Virus record (IMG/VR): IMGVR_UViG_3300031133_000283
Length of the DNA: 64,000 nucleotides
Strand: one strand, 5' to 3'
Source: an uncultured virus (IMG/VR IMGVR_UViG_3300031133_000283)
Taxonomy: Duplodnaviria > Heunggongvirae > Uroviricota > Caudoviricetes
Positions 19,419-27,797 of this stretch are shown here, in pieces. A program made the position numbers and the translations under genes. The notes beneath the pieces were generated by a model. The model did not search any database and was not told the DNA's origin. It saw only the letters and a program-made list of their open reading frames with translations. How positions within the stretch are numbered: the first letter of the stretch is position 1; the number at the start of each line of letters is the position of its first letter.

Positions 19419-20642
19419 ATGACAATGTTAACACCTCCTGAAGACAACCAGCCGCCGCTTCAGCTTTCAGTACCTGAGCCTGTTCAGGAAGTCCAGGAGG
19501 ACCAGGCCACAGGAATGATTCCTGCTGTTGAGCCGAGTCGTGAACTGGTCATCGGTAACCAGGCTAAGGGTTTTGTCAAAGACCTGAACAAAATCAATGC
19601 CAACTCCCCTGAGTTTGCTCAGAAGCTGAACGACGTTCAGACTCTGGCTCAGGCTGAGATTGTCAAGTCTGGTGTTGGCACCAGCCGTCTGTTGGAGCGT
19701 AAGTCCTCCTCCCTTTCAGGTGCAAAGAAGAACGGTGGCGATGCCACCGTGAAGGTTGCTGGAACTCTGTCAACCTTGCGTTCTACTGTTCAGGACCTGA
19801 CCCCGAACGCTGCTGACCTGACAGGTACACAGAAGTTCCTCTCCTTCCTTCCTGGCGGAAAGAAGATTCGCAAATACTTCCAGAAGTTTGAAACTGCTCA
19901 GGTGCAGCTTGATGAAATTGTCAAGTCTCTGATGTCTGGTCAGGACGAACTGATGAAGGACAACGCCGCTCTTCAGCAGGAGAAGAAAGAACTCTGGGAC
20001 ACCATGGGTGCGCTGAATGAGTACATTGTTTTCGCTAAGAAGCTGGACGATGAAATCACCACCACTATCCAGGACTTGAAGCAGGCTGGCCGTGTAGCCG
20101 AGGCTCAGACCATGGAAAGTGACATGTTGTTCGCTGTTCGCCAGCGTCGTCAGGACCTGATGACTCAGCTTGCTGTTTCTGTTCAGGGTTACATGGCTAT
20201 GGAGCTTGTTCGTAAGAACAACGTGGAACTCATCAAGGGTGTTGAACGCGCTCGTACCACAACCATTTATGCTCTGAAGACCGCTGTTGCTGTTGCTCAG
20301 GCCCTTGACACCCAGAAGCTGGTTCTTGACCAGATTGATGCTGTCAACGAGGCCACCAACAACACCATTGAGCAGACCTCTGTCATGCTCCGTCAGCAGA
20401 CTGGTCGTGTCCACGAGCAGGCCGTTAACTCTGGTGTCCAGGTTGCTGTCTTGGAGAAGGCGTTTGATAACATCTTCGCCACCATGGATGAGATTGAGGC
20501 ATTCAAGTCTCAGGCTAACAACACCATGGGTCAGACCATTGACAGTCTGGAAGTTCAGCTGGACCGTGCCAAGGGCGGTCTTGACCGTGCACGCGCACTG
20601 GAAGCCTCTGAGGCTGGCGCACCGAAGTCTATCTCCCGATAG
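19419..20642 (+). CDS. telA: Toxic anion resistance protein TelA (YaaN/KlaB family)
   Basis: YFQKFETAQVQLDEIVKSL..GQDEL.KDN, RQRRQDLMTQLAVSVQGYMA, NNVELIKGVERARTTT; ATG 19419 after gaaagg. Confidence 0.92.
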   Translation: MTMLTPPEDNQPPLQLSVPEPVQEVQEDQATGMIPAVEPSRELVIGNQAKGFVKDLNKINANSPEFAQKLNDVQTLAQAEIVKSGVGTSRLLERKSSSLSGAKKNGGDATVKVAGTLSTLRSTVQDLTPNAADLTGTQKFLSFLPGGKKIRKYFQKFETAQVQLDEIVKSLMSGQDELMKDNAALQQEKKELWDTMGALNEYIVFAKKLDDEITTTIQDLKQAGRVAEAQTMESDMLFAVRQRRQDLMTQLAVSVQGYMAMELVRKNNVELIKGVERARTTTIYALKTAVAVAQALDTQKLVLDQIDAVNEATNNTIEQTSVMLRQQTGRVHEQAVNSGVQVAVLEKAFDNIFATMDEIEAFKSQANNTMGQTIDSLEVQLDRAKGGLDRARALEASEAGAPKSISR

Positions 20643-20679
20643 TCTACTGTGTAAACAGTAGAAGCGGAGGTTGCCCCTG

Positions 20680-21198
20680 ATGGGAAAGATAGTTATTGTT
20701 CTCATCTTCCTGCTACTTGTTGTTGGATTTCTGGTTACAGTGTCCATGATGAGTCGCCGTAGGAAGAAGCAGAATGTAACCCTTTCCCCGATGGAAGCAA
20801 CCTCCGCTTCTGCATTAACAGGGTTGTTAGTGACCAGCCAGGTTACGTACTTGATGGAAAAATACGGCACTATTGCTACTGAGAAGTTTTCAGAAAATGC
20901 CAGTGAGAAGTTTTACTCAGTTCTGCGAGAATCTCGTGTTATTGCTGGAATGTATGAGAGTAAGCGTTTCCCTGATGATGCTGGAAGTGACTTACAAGCT
21001 TTATTAGGCCATTACATACCATCAACTATTGAGCTTGCTTTACGCTCCGAGAACCCTAAACTGGATGCTTCCTTAGCAGAAAGTTTCACACTTGCCCTCA
21101 ACAGACTTGACGAAACACGTCAACGTCTTGTATACTTAGATGAACAGCGCAAAGATGATGCTGAACAGGAACCCGAGTCTGCGGTTTCTGAAGAATGA
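20680..21198 (+). CDS. Single-TM XpaC/KlaA-like protein
   Basis: N-terminal TM followed by RRRKK; HYIPSTIEL motif; adjacent to telA; SD ggagg. Confidence 0.6.
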   Translation: MGKIVIVLIFLLLVVGFLVTVSMMSRRRKKQNVTLSPMEATSASALTGLLVTSQVTYLMEKYGTIATEKFSENASEKFYSVLRESRVIAGMYESKRFPDDAGSDLQALLGHYIPSTIELALRSENPKLDASLAESFTLALNRLDETRQRLVYLDEQRKDDAEQEPESAVSEE

Positions 21199-21217
21199 TT
21201 TTATTGTAGGAGATTTA

Positions 21218-21688
21218 ATGTTCAGTTGGTTCCGCAGGGACGATGATAACCTTGCTGTTAACCCTGCCAATATTTTGGCTCCGAAGCCGTTCCATGAGCA
21301 GATGCTTGAATGGATTGACGACCTTGATTGGTTTGAACGGGAATCATCAGGATTTGTTTCAACAAACGTGTTCTCTCGCCTTCGTGTTATCAACGATTTG
21401 CTTAGTGATGTAAACGAGTTCATCAAAAGATATAACATTCGCGCTGAGGAAGAGTACATCATCAAGTCCACCATTACTCAGTACATTCCTGATGCGTTGA
21501 ACATATTCAACCAGCTTCCTGCTCATGACCGTGCACCTGGGAGTGAAGCAGACCGTATGCTTTTAGACCAGTGCGATAACATTGAACGTAGCGTCCGTCA
21601 GCTTAATACGGATATGCATAACAGAGTCAAATCTGAACTGGCAACACAGACTCAGTTTGTTGAGGACCGTTTCAGCCACCAGGTTTGA
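21218..21688 (+). CDS. Soluble XpaC/KlaA-like TelA partner
   Basis: SD aggag, ATG 21218; TITQYIPDALNIFNQLP...ELATQTQFVEDRF. Confidence 0.65.
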   Translation: MFSWFRRDDDNLAVNPANILAPKPFHEQMLEWIDDLDWFERESSGFVSTNVFSRLRVINDLLSDVNEFIKRYNIRAEEEYIIKSTITQYIPDALNIFNQLPAHDRAPGSEADRMLLDQCDNIERSVRQLNTDMHNRVKSELATQTQFVEDRFSHQV

Positions 21689-21710
21689 TTTCAAGCCTCA
21701 CGCTACCTAC

Positions 21711-21739
21711 TTGCACAATGAAGTGCTGTATGGTATTAT
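21711..21739 (+). promoter_or_regulatory. SigA-type promoter of the Ter biosynthetic operon
   Basis: TTGCAC-17-TATTAT with extended TG. Confidence 0.65.
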
Positions 21740-21784
21740 TACTCTCGTACAGTTTCCGTTGAAAAAGTTTTAGGATGGTTCCCC

Positions 21785-22333
21785 ATGGTTATGCTTCAGG
21801 CAGGAGCAAATGTCTCCCTGACGAAGGACAACCCTTTGCTGGATGACCTGGTTGTTGGTTTTGGTTGGGATGCAATCCAGGCAAACGGTCCGCAGGTAGA
21901 CCTTGTTCCTTCTGCTATCATGGTAGGCCAGAATGGTCAGGCTTTGAGCGACGAACATTTCGTATTCTTCAATCAGCTTGCTACTCCTGATGATGCTGTT
22001 CGCTACATCGAGGGTGACGATTCAGAGCAGATTGAAATGACTCTTTCTCTTATCCCTGAGACAGTTGAGAAGATTATCTTCGTCGTCTACGTTGACCCTG
22101 ATGTGCGGAAGCCTGGTAACTTTGGTTCTGTCCGTAGTTCATACATTCGTATTGCAGACCGCGAGAACAGTGAAATTGCTCGTTTCAATCTTGACCCTGC
22201 TGATATCTCCATCAACGCTATGATTTTTGGTGAAGTGTATAAGCACCGTAACGAATGGAAGTTCCGCGCTGTTGGCCAGGGCTACAAGACTGGTCTTATT
22301 GGTGTCGCTCAGGATTACAAGGTGACACTGTAA
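21785..22333 (+). CDS. TerD family protein (divergent)
   Basis: GANVSL, GFGWD, FVFFNQL, GDDSEQI, WKFRAVGQG. Confidence 0.88.
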   Translation: MVMLQAGANVSLTKDNPLLDDLVVGFGWDAIQANGPQVDLVPSAIMVGQNGQALSDEHFVFFNQLATPDDAVRYIEGDDSEQIEMTLSLIPETVEKIIFVVYVDPDVRKPGNFGSVRSSYIRIADRENSEIARFNLDPADISINAMIFGEVYKHRNEWKFRAVGQGYKTGLIGVAQDYKVTL

Positions 22334-23067
22334 TGACTGCGAACTTGAAAAACCCTCGTCCAGATATTGTGTATCTGCGTCGGCGCTTGAAGCCTGGGGA
22401 GAAGCCGAAGGTTCAGCCTGCTGCCCAGAGTACCAGCTCTTTGCTTCTGGCAGCCCCTGAGGCGGTCGTAGAGGACGTTTTACCTGCTGTGCCTGTGCTG
22501 ACTAAGGATGTTGTTCTTAACGGCTCAGAGCGGGTTGTGCGCATGAACAAGCGCCAGTCGGCTATTGGTACACTTGCTTTCACAAATGTTGCTTACGCTG
22601 CCTGGGAACTTACAGATGGGACCACTGGTTTCTTGTATGCTTCTAAGGAAATTGCAGCGAACACTCCTGCTGTAAACTTCGCCACTGGTAATGTCCAGCC
22701 TCCGCTTCCTGAGGTTCTTCCTCGAAGCTTCAAAAACCGTCCTGTGGTAGAGTTCCATAAGAGCATCCTCGTGGTGGGTCTGCGGTACTTGAAGCACATC
22801 AAGAGAATTGTGATTGTTCCTCTTGATGGACAAAACATTCAGGCTGGAACCGTGGGTGGTTCAACCACCACTCTCCCGTATTCAGATAATGGCGTGCTAT
22901 ACATGTCAGTAGTTGACTCATCGGTGGAGCTTCGGGCCGAGAAGTATCGTGGGAACGTCCATGAGTCCTTCCGTATCGGTACTTACACCCCTACATCAAC
23001 TCACACCGCACCAACTGAAGTGCAGAACTCGAACAGCTTGCAAGATTTCTTCGCAGGCATTAGATAA
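22333..23067 (+). CDS. Ter-cluster hypothetical protein (possibly a degenerate TerA C-terminal-like domain)
   Basis: TAATG coupling to the upstream TerD gene; VLNGSERVVRMNKRQSAIGTL. Confidence 0.5.
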   Translation: MTANLKNPRPDIVYLRRRLKPGEKPKVQPAAQSTSSLLLAAPEAVVEDVLPAVPVLTKDVVLNGSERVVRMNKRQSAIGTLAFTNVAYAAWELTDGTTGFLYASKEIAANTPAVNFATGNVQPPLPEVLPRSFKNRPVVEFHKSILVVGLRYLKHIKRIVIVPLDGQNIQAGTVGGSTTTLPYSDNGVLYMSVVDSSVELRAEKYRGNVHESFRIGTYTPTSTHTAPTEVQNSNSLQDFFAGIR

Positions 23068-23076
23068 GGAATTATA

Positions 23077-24237
23077 TTGCGTCATTTTGATTCATTCACG
23101 GAGCAGGACCACGAGGCCCTGTTCTTCCGTATGCCTGAAGATTTCACCAAAGCAGATTCCAAAGAGCTTCTAAGCGCTTCTCTTGGAGCAACTTTGTACA
23201 TTCCTGCAACCCGTCCAGAACTGCTGAATGATTTGCGAAAGATGCGCAAAAGGGATGCAACAAGTGTTGTTGTCTGCTTAGAAGATTCTATCCCTGATGA
23301 ACGAGTTGAAGAAGCTGAACAGAATTTACATCATCTTCTCACTGAGTTAGCCGATGAAGACATGAGCGCTCTTCCTCTTGTATTCGTCCGCCCTCGCACT
23401 CCTGAGCATTTCTACCGTATTGCTGAGCAGAATGCAGGACTCCTTGGTTCGCTTACAGGTTTTGTTTTCCCGAAGTTCGACGGGCTAACAGATGTCGCTG
23501 CCCGCTTCGCGGAAGCTATTGAAACAGTGAACCGTGTAGAAGGAATTCATCTGTACTACATGCCTGTTCTTGAATCACCTTCAATTATCCACCGCGAAAC
23601 TCGGAAAGCAACTCTCGCTGGTATCGCAAATGTCATTGCTGGTTCACGGGATGACATGCTGGCGGTTCGTATTGGGGCAACAGATATGTCCTCCTCATAC
23701 GGCTTACGACGTTCACGTGACTTCACTGTATACGACGTACACGTGGTTTCATCCGCTATTGCTGATATTGTGAATGTCCTTGGTCGTGCTGACGATGCCA
23801 ACATTATTACAGGAGCTGTCTGGGAGCATTTCGCTCCTGCCCGACGCACATTCAAGCCACAGCTGCGTGAAGCATTGTTCGGTGAAGACAAAGAACTTCG
23901 TGCTAAGCTTCTCACAGAAGGATATGACACGTTCCTCCGTGAGATTCAGTTAGATAAGCTCAACGGCATTACAGGTAAAACTGTTATCCACCCGTCTCAC
24001 ATCAGCTTAGTTCATTCCATGATGGTCGTCAGCCATGAAGAGTACAGCGATGCGTCTGATGTTCTAAAAGAGGACAATATGGGTGGAGGAGCGTATGCTT
24101 CTGTATACCGTAACAAAATGAATGAAGTAAAGCCCCATGCAGCATGGGCGCGAAAGATTATGAACCGAGCAAAAGTGTTCGGTGTTAGCAACCAGGATGT
24201 TGACTTTGTGGACTTCCTTGAAAGGTTTGAAGTTTGA
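23077..24237 (+). CDS. HpcH/HpaI aldolase/citrate lyase-like TIM-barrel enzyme of Ter clusters
   Basis: LGATLYIPATR, VCLEDSI, FVFPKF, MPVLES, RIGATD, GKTVIHPSH, NKMNEVKPH. Confidence 0.9.
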   Translation: MRHFDSFTEQDHEALFFRMPEDFTKADSKELLSASLGATLYIPATRPELLNDLRKMRKRDATSVVVCLEDSIPDERVEEAEQNLHHLLTELADEDMSALPLVFVRPRTPEHFYRIAEQNAGLLGSLTGFVFPKFDGLTDVAARFAEAIETVNRVEGIHLYYMPVLESPSIIHRETRKATLAGIANVIAGSRDDMLAVRIGATDMSSSYGLRRSRDFTVYDVHVVSSAIADIVNVLGRADDANIITGAVWEHFAPARRTFKPQLREALFGEDKELRAKLLTEGYDTFLREIQLDKLNGITGKTVIHPSHISLVHSMMVVSHEEYSDASDVLKEDNMGGGAYASVYRNKMNEVKPHAAWARKIMNRAKVFGVSNQDVDFVDFLERFEV

Positions 24238-26726
24238 TGGTAGAAAAATGGAACGGGCAGTTCGTTTCTGAGGAAGTAGGCATTCCGCTACCTCATACTT
24301 TTGGCGACGGTTTTGAACGTTTGCTTGGCATGGCTTTGCGAAAGAATAAGAAGCGTGCTCATTTACTCGTGTCAACTGTTCTCGGAAAGCATATTCCTCA
24401 GGAGCCGAGCATCATCAGCGCTGCTGCGGCAGCTCTTGCTGACCAGATTCACCGCCATAGCATATTCAATAATGCTAACCGCGGACTGAATGAGGAGGAA
24501 ATCACGGTTGTTCGTCGCATTGCTCGTGAAAAAGTTATTGCGATAATGGATGGCAAGGCTCGCTCGGTGTTTGATGACCCAGATAGCGATTACGTGTTTG
24601 TTCCTGATGTAACAGTATTTGGTTATGCTGAAACTGCAACCAGTTTAGGTGCTTTGGTTGCACAGTACCTGTATTCAGATTACATTCACTCCACACGTTA
24701 TCCTGTGGCTGGAACTGTTGACTACGGTGGATTTGATGAAGAGCATTCACATGCGACAGCTCACCACATTACGCCTACTGATGTCACATTGCTGAACAAC
24801 CCGAAACGCAGCATCGTACTGGTTGATGATGAGTTAACCACAGGTAACACTGTGATGAATACTATTCGCTTATTCGAAAGCCATGCTCACCACGAAACTT
24901 ACTACATTGCTACTTTGACTGACTTACGTACAAAGGAAGCCGTTGCGAAGTTCGCTGAGTTTGAAAAAGAACTTGGCATTCATGTAGATGTTGTTTCTCT
25001 TATCTCAACAGAGTTAGATGTTCCAGCTGATGCTGTTGAGCGCGCTGAGCCTATCATTGAACGAATCAAGAATGATACCGAGCGTTCACTTGACAAAGCT
25101 GCACCTGGAGTTGTCGTCAAGCGCGCCTACACAAAAGCTCCTGCAAACCTTAGTAAAGGTATCACTGCTACTGATTTGGATAAAGTAGTATATGAGGCAA
25201 GTGCTCTTACAGACATCGTTGCACCAGTTCAGAATGAGAAAGTCTTAGTTCTGGGTATTGAGGAAGACATGTTCTTCGGCTTGTCTTTCGCTGATGCTTT
25301 GCAGAAAAAGAACCGCTCTCACAACATCTTCTTCTCCTCAGCAACACGTTCACCTGTTGTTGCGTATGATGACCCTGGTTACGCGATTCGTGACCGTATC
25401 AAATATGATGTTGAAGATGATGACGCTTCTCGCTACGTTTATAATGTTGGCCAAAGCTTTGACCGTATCATCATTGTTACGGATAGCTCCGCTTCCACAA
25501 AACGTATTCAGGGGCTTATTGATAAACTTGTATACCGAACGAAAGTAGTAGAAATTTTGGAAGCTCAGTTGAATTCAAATGAACTTCAGGAACCCTTACA
25601 TGGTCCTGAATTTGGTTCATACAAAAAAGAGGATGTCTCTTGGCTCCTAAAAGACTTGTCAAACGTGGAACTTGAAGCCCCTACTGAGGAGCGAGAGGAA
25701 GCTATTCAGTCAGGCGGTGCACATTATGCGGAATCACTCCCAGTAGAGTATGTGCCAACTGTTGAGTACCAGCAGCTCTTCTTTGATTCATTAGACCAGA
25801 ACAAAACCAAACTAGCTGAGGCTATTGGTCTTGTCTCTGAGCAGGTGTTTGCTCTGCGGAACGCAAACCCCGTGTTAGTGTCATTGGCCCGTGCAGGAAC
25901 CCCTGTAGGTGTTTTGATGAAGCGTTACCTGGAATCTGCCTACAAGCATGAGGTTCCTCACTACGCTGTCAGTATCGTACGAGGTAAAGGCATCGACTAC
26001 AATGCTTTGAAATACATCGCAGCAAACCACAACCCTGCTGATGTTGTGTTTGTAGATGGCTGGACTGGTAAGGGCGCTATCACAAAAGAACTTCGTGATG
26101 CTCTGAATGAGTTTGAATCAAACACTGGTATTCATTTTGATGCTGAACTTGCAGTCCTTGCTGACCCAGGTTCATGTGTTTCTATTTATGGAACTCGTGA
26201 TGACTATTTGATTCCTTCTGCCTGCCTGAACTCTACTGTTTCTGGGTTGATTTCTCGCACTGTGCTGAATGAGGCTTTCGTTGGTGAGCATGACTATCAC
26301 GGAGCTAAGTTCTATCGTGAATTTGCGGGCAATGATGTTTCTGAGCAGTTCATTGATACAATTGTTGATGAGTTCTCTGAAGAACTGTTCGACAAGTCGC
26401 GTCTTGCTTTACTGGCTCATACTGTAACCGAGCCTGACTGGTCTGGTTGGAAGATGGTTGAGCAGGTTAGTGAAGAGTATGGTATCAACAACGTAAACTT
26501 GGTCAAGCCAGGTGTTGGTGAGACTACTCGTGTTCTACTCCGTCGCGTCCCTTGGCGTATCTTGGTGCGTCCACAGGATAAAGCCAGCCTTCGCCACATT
26601 CTCCTTCTTGCTGAGCAGCGAGGGGTTGAAGTGGAAGAGCGTGAAGATTTGCCATACGCTTGTATTGGTCTTATCCACCCGCATTTCACTAAGGGAGCCA
26701 CTGGCTTTGATGGTGGAAAAGCCTGA
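24234..26726 (+). CDS. Phosphoribosyltransferase-TRSP-StiP/PELOTA fusion of Ter clusters
   Basis: LLVSTVLGKHIP, YAETAT, EEHSHA, VLVDDELTTGNT, SLARAGTP, FVDGWTGKG, VKPGVGETTRVLLRR. Confidence 0.9.
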   Translation: MMVEKWNGQFVSEEVGIPLPHTFGDGFERLLGMALRKNKKRAHLLVSTVLGKHIPQEPSIISAAAAALADQIHRHSIFNNANRGLNEEEITVVRRIAREKVIAIMDGKARSVFDDPDSDYVFVPDVTVFGYAETATSLGALVAQYLYSDYIHSTRYPVAGTVDYGGFDEEHSHATAHHITPTDVTLLNNPKRSIVLVDDELTTGNTVMNTIRLFESHAHHETYYIATLTDLRTKEAVAKFAEFEKELGIHVDVVSLISTELDVPADAVERAEPIIERIKNDTERSLDKAAPGVVVKRAYTKAPANLSKGITATDLDKVVYEASALTDIVAPVQNEKVLVLGIEEDMFFGLSFADALQKKNRSHNIFFSSATRSPVVAYDDPGYAIRDRIKYDVEDDDASRYVYNVGQSFDRIIIVTDSSASTKRIQGLIDKLVYRTKVVEILEAQLNSNELQEPLHGPEFGSYKKEDVSWLLKDLSNVELEAPTEEREEAIQSGGAHYAESLPVEYVPTVEYQQLFFDSLDQNKTKLAEAIGLVSEQVFALRNANPVLVSLARAGTPVGVLMKRYLESAYKHEVPHYAVSIVRGKGIDYNALKYIAANHNPADVVFVDGWTGKGAITKELRDALNEFESNTGIHFDAELAVLADPGSCVSIYGTRDDYLIPSACLNSTVSGLISRTVLNEAFVGEHDYHGAKFYREFAGNDVSEQFIDTIVDEFSEELFDKSRLALLAHTVTEPDWSGWKMVEQVSEEYGINNVNLVKPGVGETTRVLLRRVPWRILVRPQDKASLRHILLLAEQRGVEVEEREDLPYACIGLIHPHFTKGATGFDGGKA

Positions 26727-27526
26727 TGCGGTCGGTAGGCTTATTCTCCGACCTAGACTTGACCCTCATTTACTCACTGCATCAGCTGCATAAACGAAAC
26801 GATGTTAGCACAGGTAAAATGGTGGCAGAGGAGTACCAGAACGCTCCTTTGAGTTTCTTGAGCTTGAAAACATGGAACTTGCTGAAACAGTTCACCTCAG
26901 ATAAACAGAATCACTTTATCCCTGTAACGACGCGAACATTTGACCAGTATAATAGGGTCGCGTTCCCTGACATTGATGTTCGCAATGCCGTTGTTCTCAA
27001 TGGAGCTCAAATCGTCGTAGACGGTCAGGTTGATGAAGCTTGGTCCGAGCAAGTTCGGGAAGGCATCATGGAACATCATGAAATTTCTCCTCGCGCTGTT
27101 TATGAGAACCTACTGAAAGAACAATTAGACAGTTCCTCTGAGGTGAAGACTATGAAGCTTGCCGATGAGACATTCCCGTATGTGGTAGCTCACACAGCGG
27201 ATTGTCCTGAGGTTGATTACGCTACCAAACACATTGCCAATGTCACGGGTTATGTGCGTTCTAAGCAGGGGAGAAAAACATACCTTGTTCCGAATAATGT
27301 AAGTAAAGGTAGTGCGGTTCATGAGCTGCGTAAACGCTTAGGTATTGATTTTGCGTTCGCTGCTGGGGACTCTATCCTTGACTTCACGATGATTCCTGAG
27401 GTTGACCAGTTTATCCATCCATCCCATGGGGATACTCCACCTGAGCTTGTAAATGTTATTGCTACTCGGAAAGAGGGCATTGCCGCTTCGGAAGAGATTC
27501 TAAAAACAGTCATTGGCTCCATCTAA
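26726..27526 (+). CDS. HAD-family hydrolase of Ter clusters
   Basis: DLDLTLIYS, PVTTR, SKG, AAGDSILD. Confidence 0.9.
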   Translation: MRSVGLFSDLDLTLIYSLHQLHKRNDVSTGKMVAEEYQNAPLSFLSLKTWNLLKQFTSDKQNHFIPVTTRTFDQYNRVAFPDIDVRNAVVLNGAQIVVDGQVDEAWSEQVREGIMEHHEISPRAVYENLLKEQLDSSSEVKTMKLADETFPYVVAHTADCPEVDYATKHIANVTGYVRSKQGRKTYLVPNNVSKGSAVHELRKRLGIDFAFAAGDSILDFTMIPEVDQFIHPSHGDTPPELVNVIATRKEGIAASEEILKTVIGSI

Positions 27527-27535
27527 TTCGACCTC

Positions 27536-27582
27536 AAAGCCAGTAGAAGTCTTACTTATTGGAAGACTTCTACTGGCTTTTT
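27536..27582 (+). terminator. Intrinsic terminator
   Basis: 18-bp stem aaagccagtagaagtctt / aagacttctactggcttt plus T-tract. Confidence 0.8.
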
Positions 27583-27797
27583 GTCTGTTAGAAATTATTT
27601 CCGGCAGTCAGCTTATAAGATACAGTTTTCACTCCTATTGAGCTGATATTAAACGCCGCATGAGAATGCAAAAAGTCACGGTGAAAACTGCTGACCTGAT
27701 ACCATACAATAACCCACTACAAATAAGAAGCTAACCGTACATAAGTTACGGGAGTGAAACAGGAAGGTTCCCTTCCTTAGCTTCTACAAAGGAAAAA

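Noticed and set aside
19770..20870. 366-aa ORF antisense to telA
   Set aside because: Shadow ORF expected from the strong codon bias of telA; no recognisable motif
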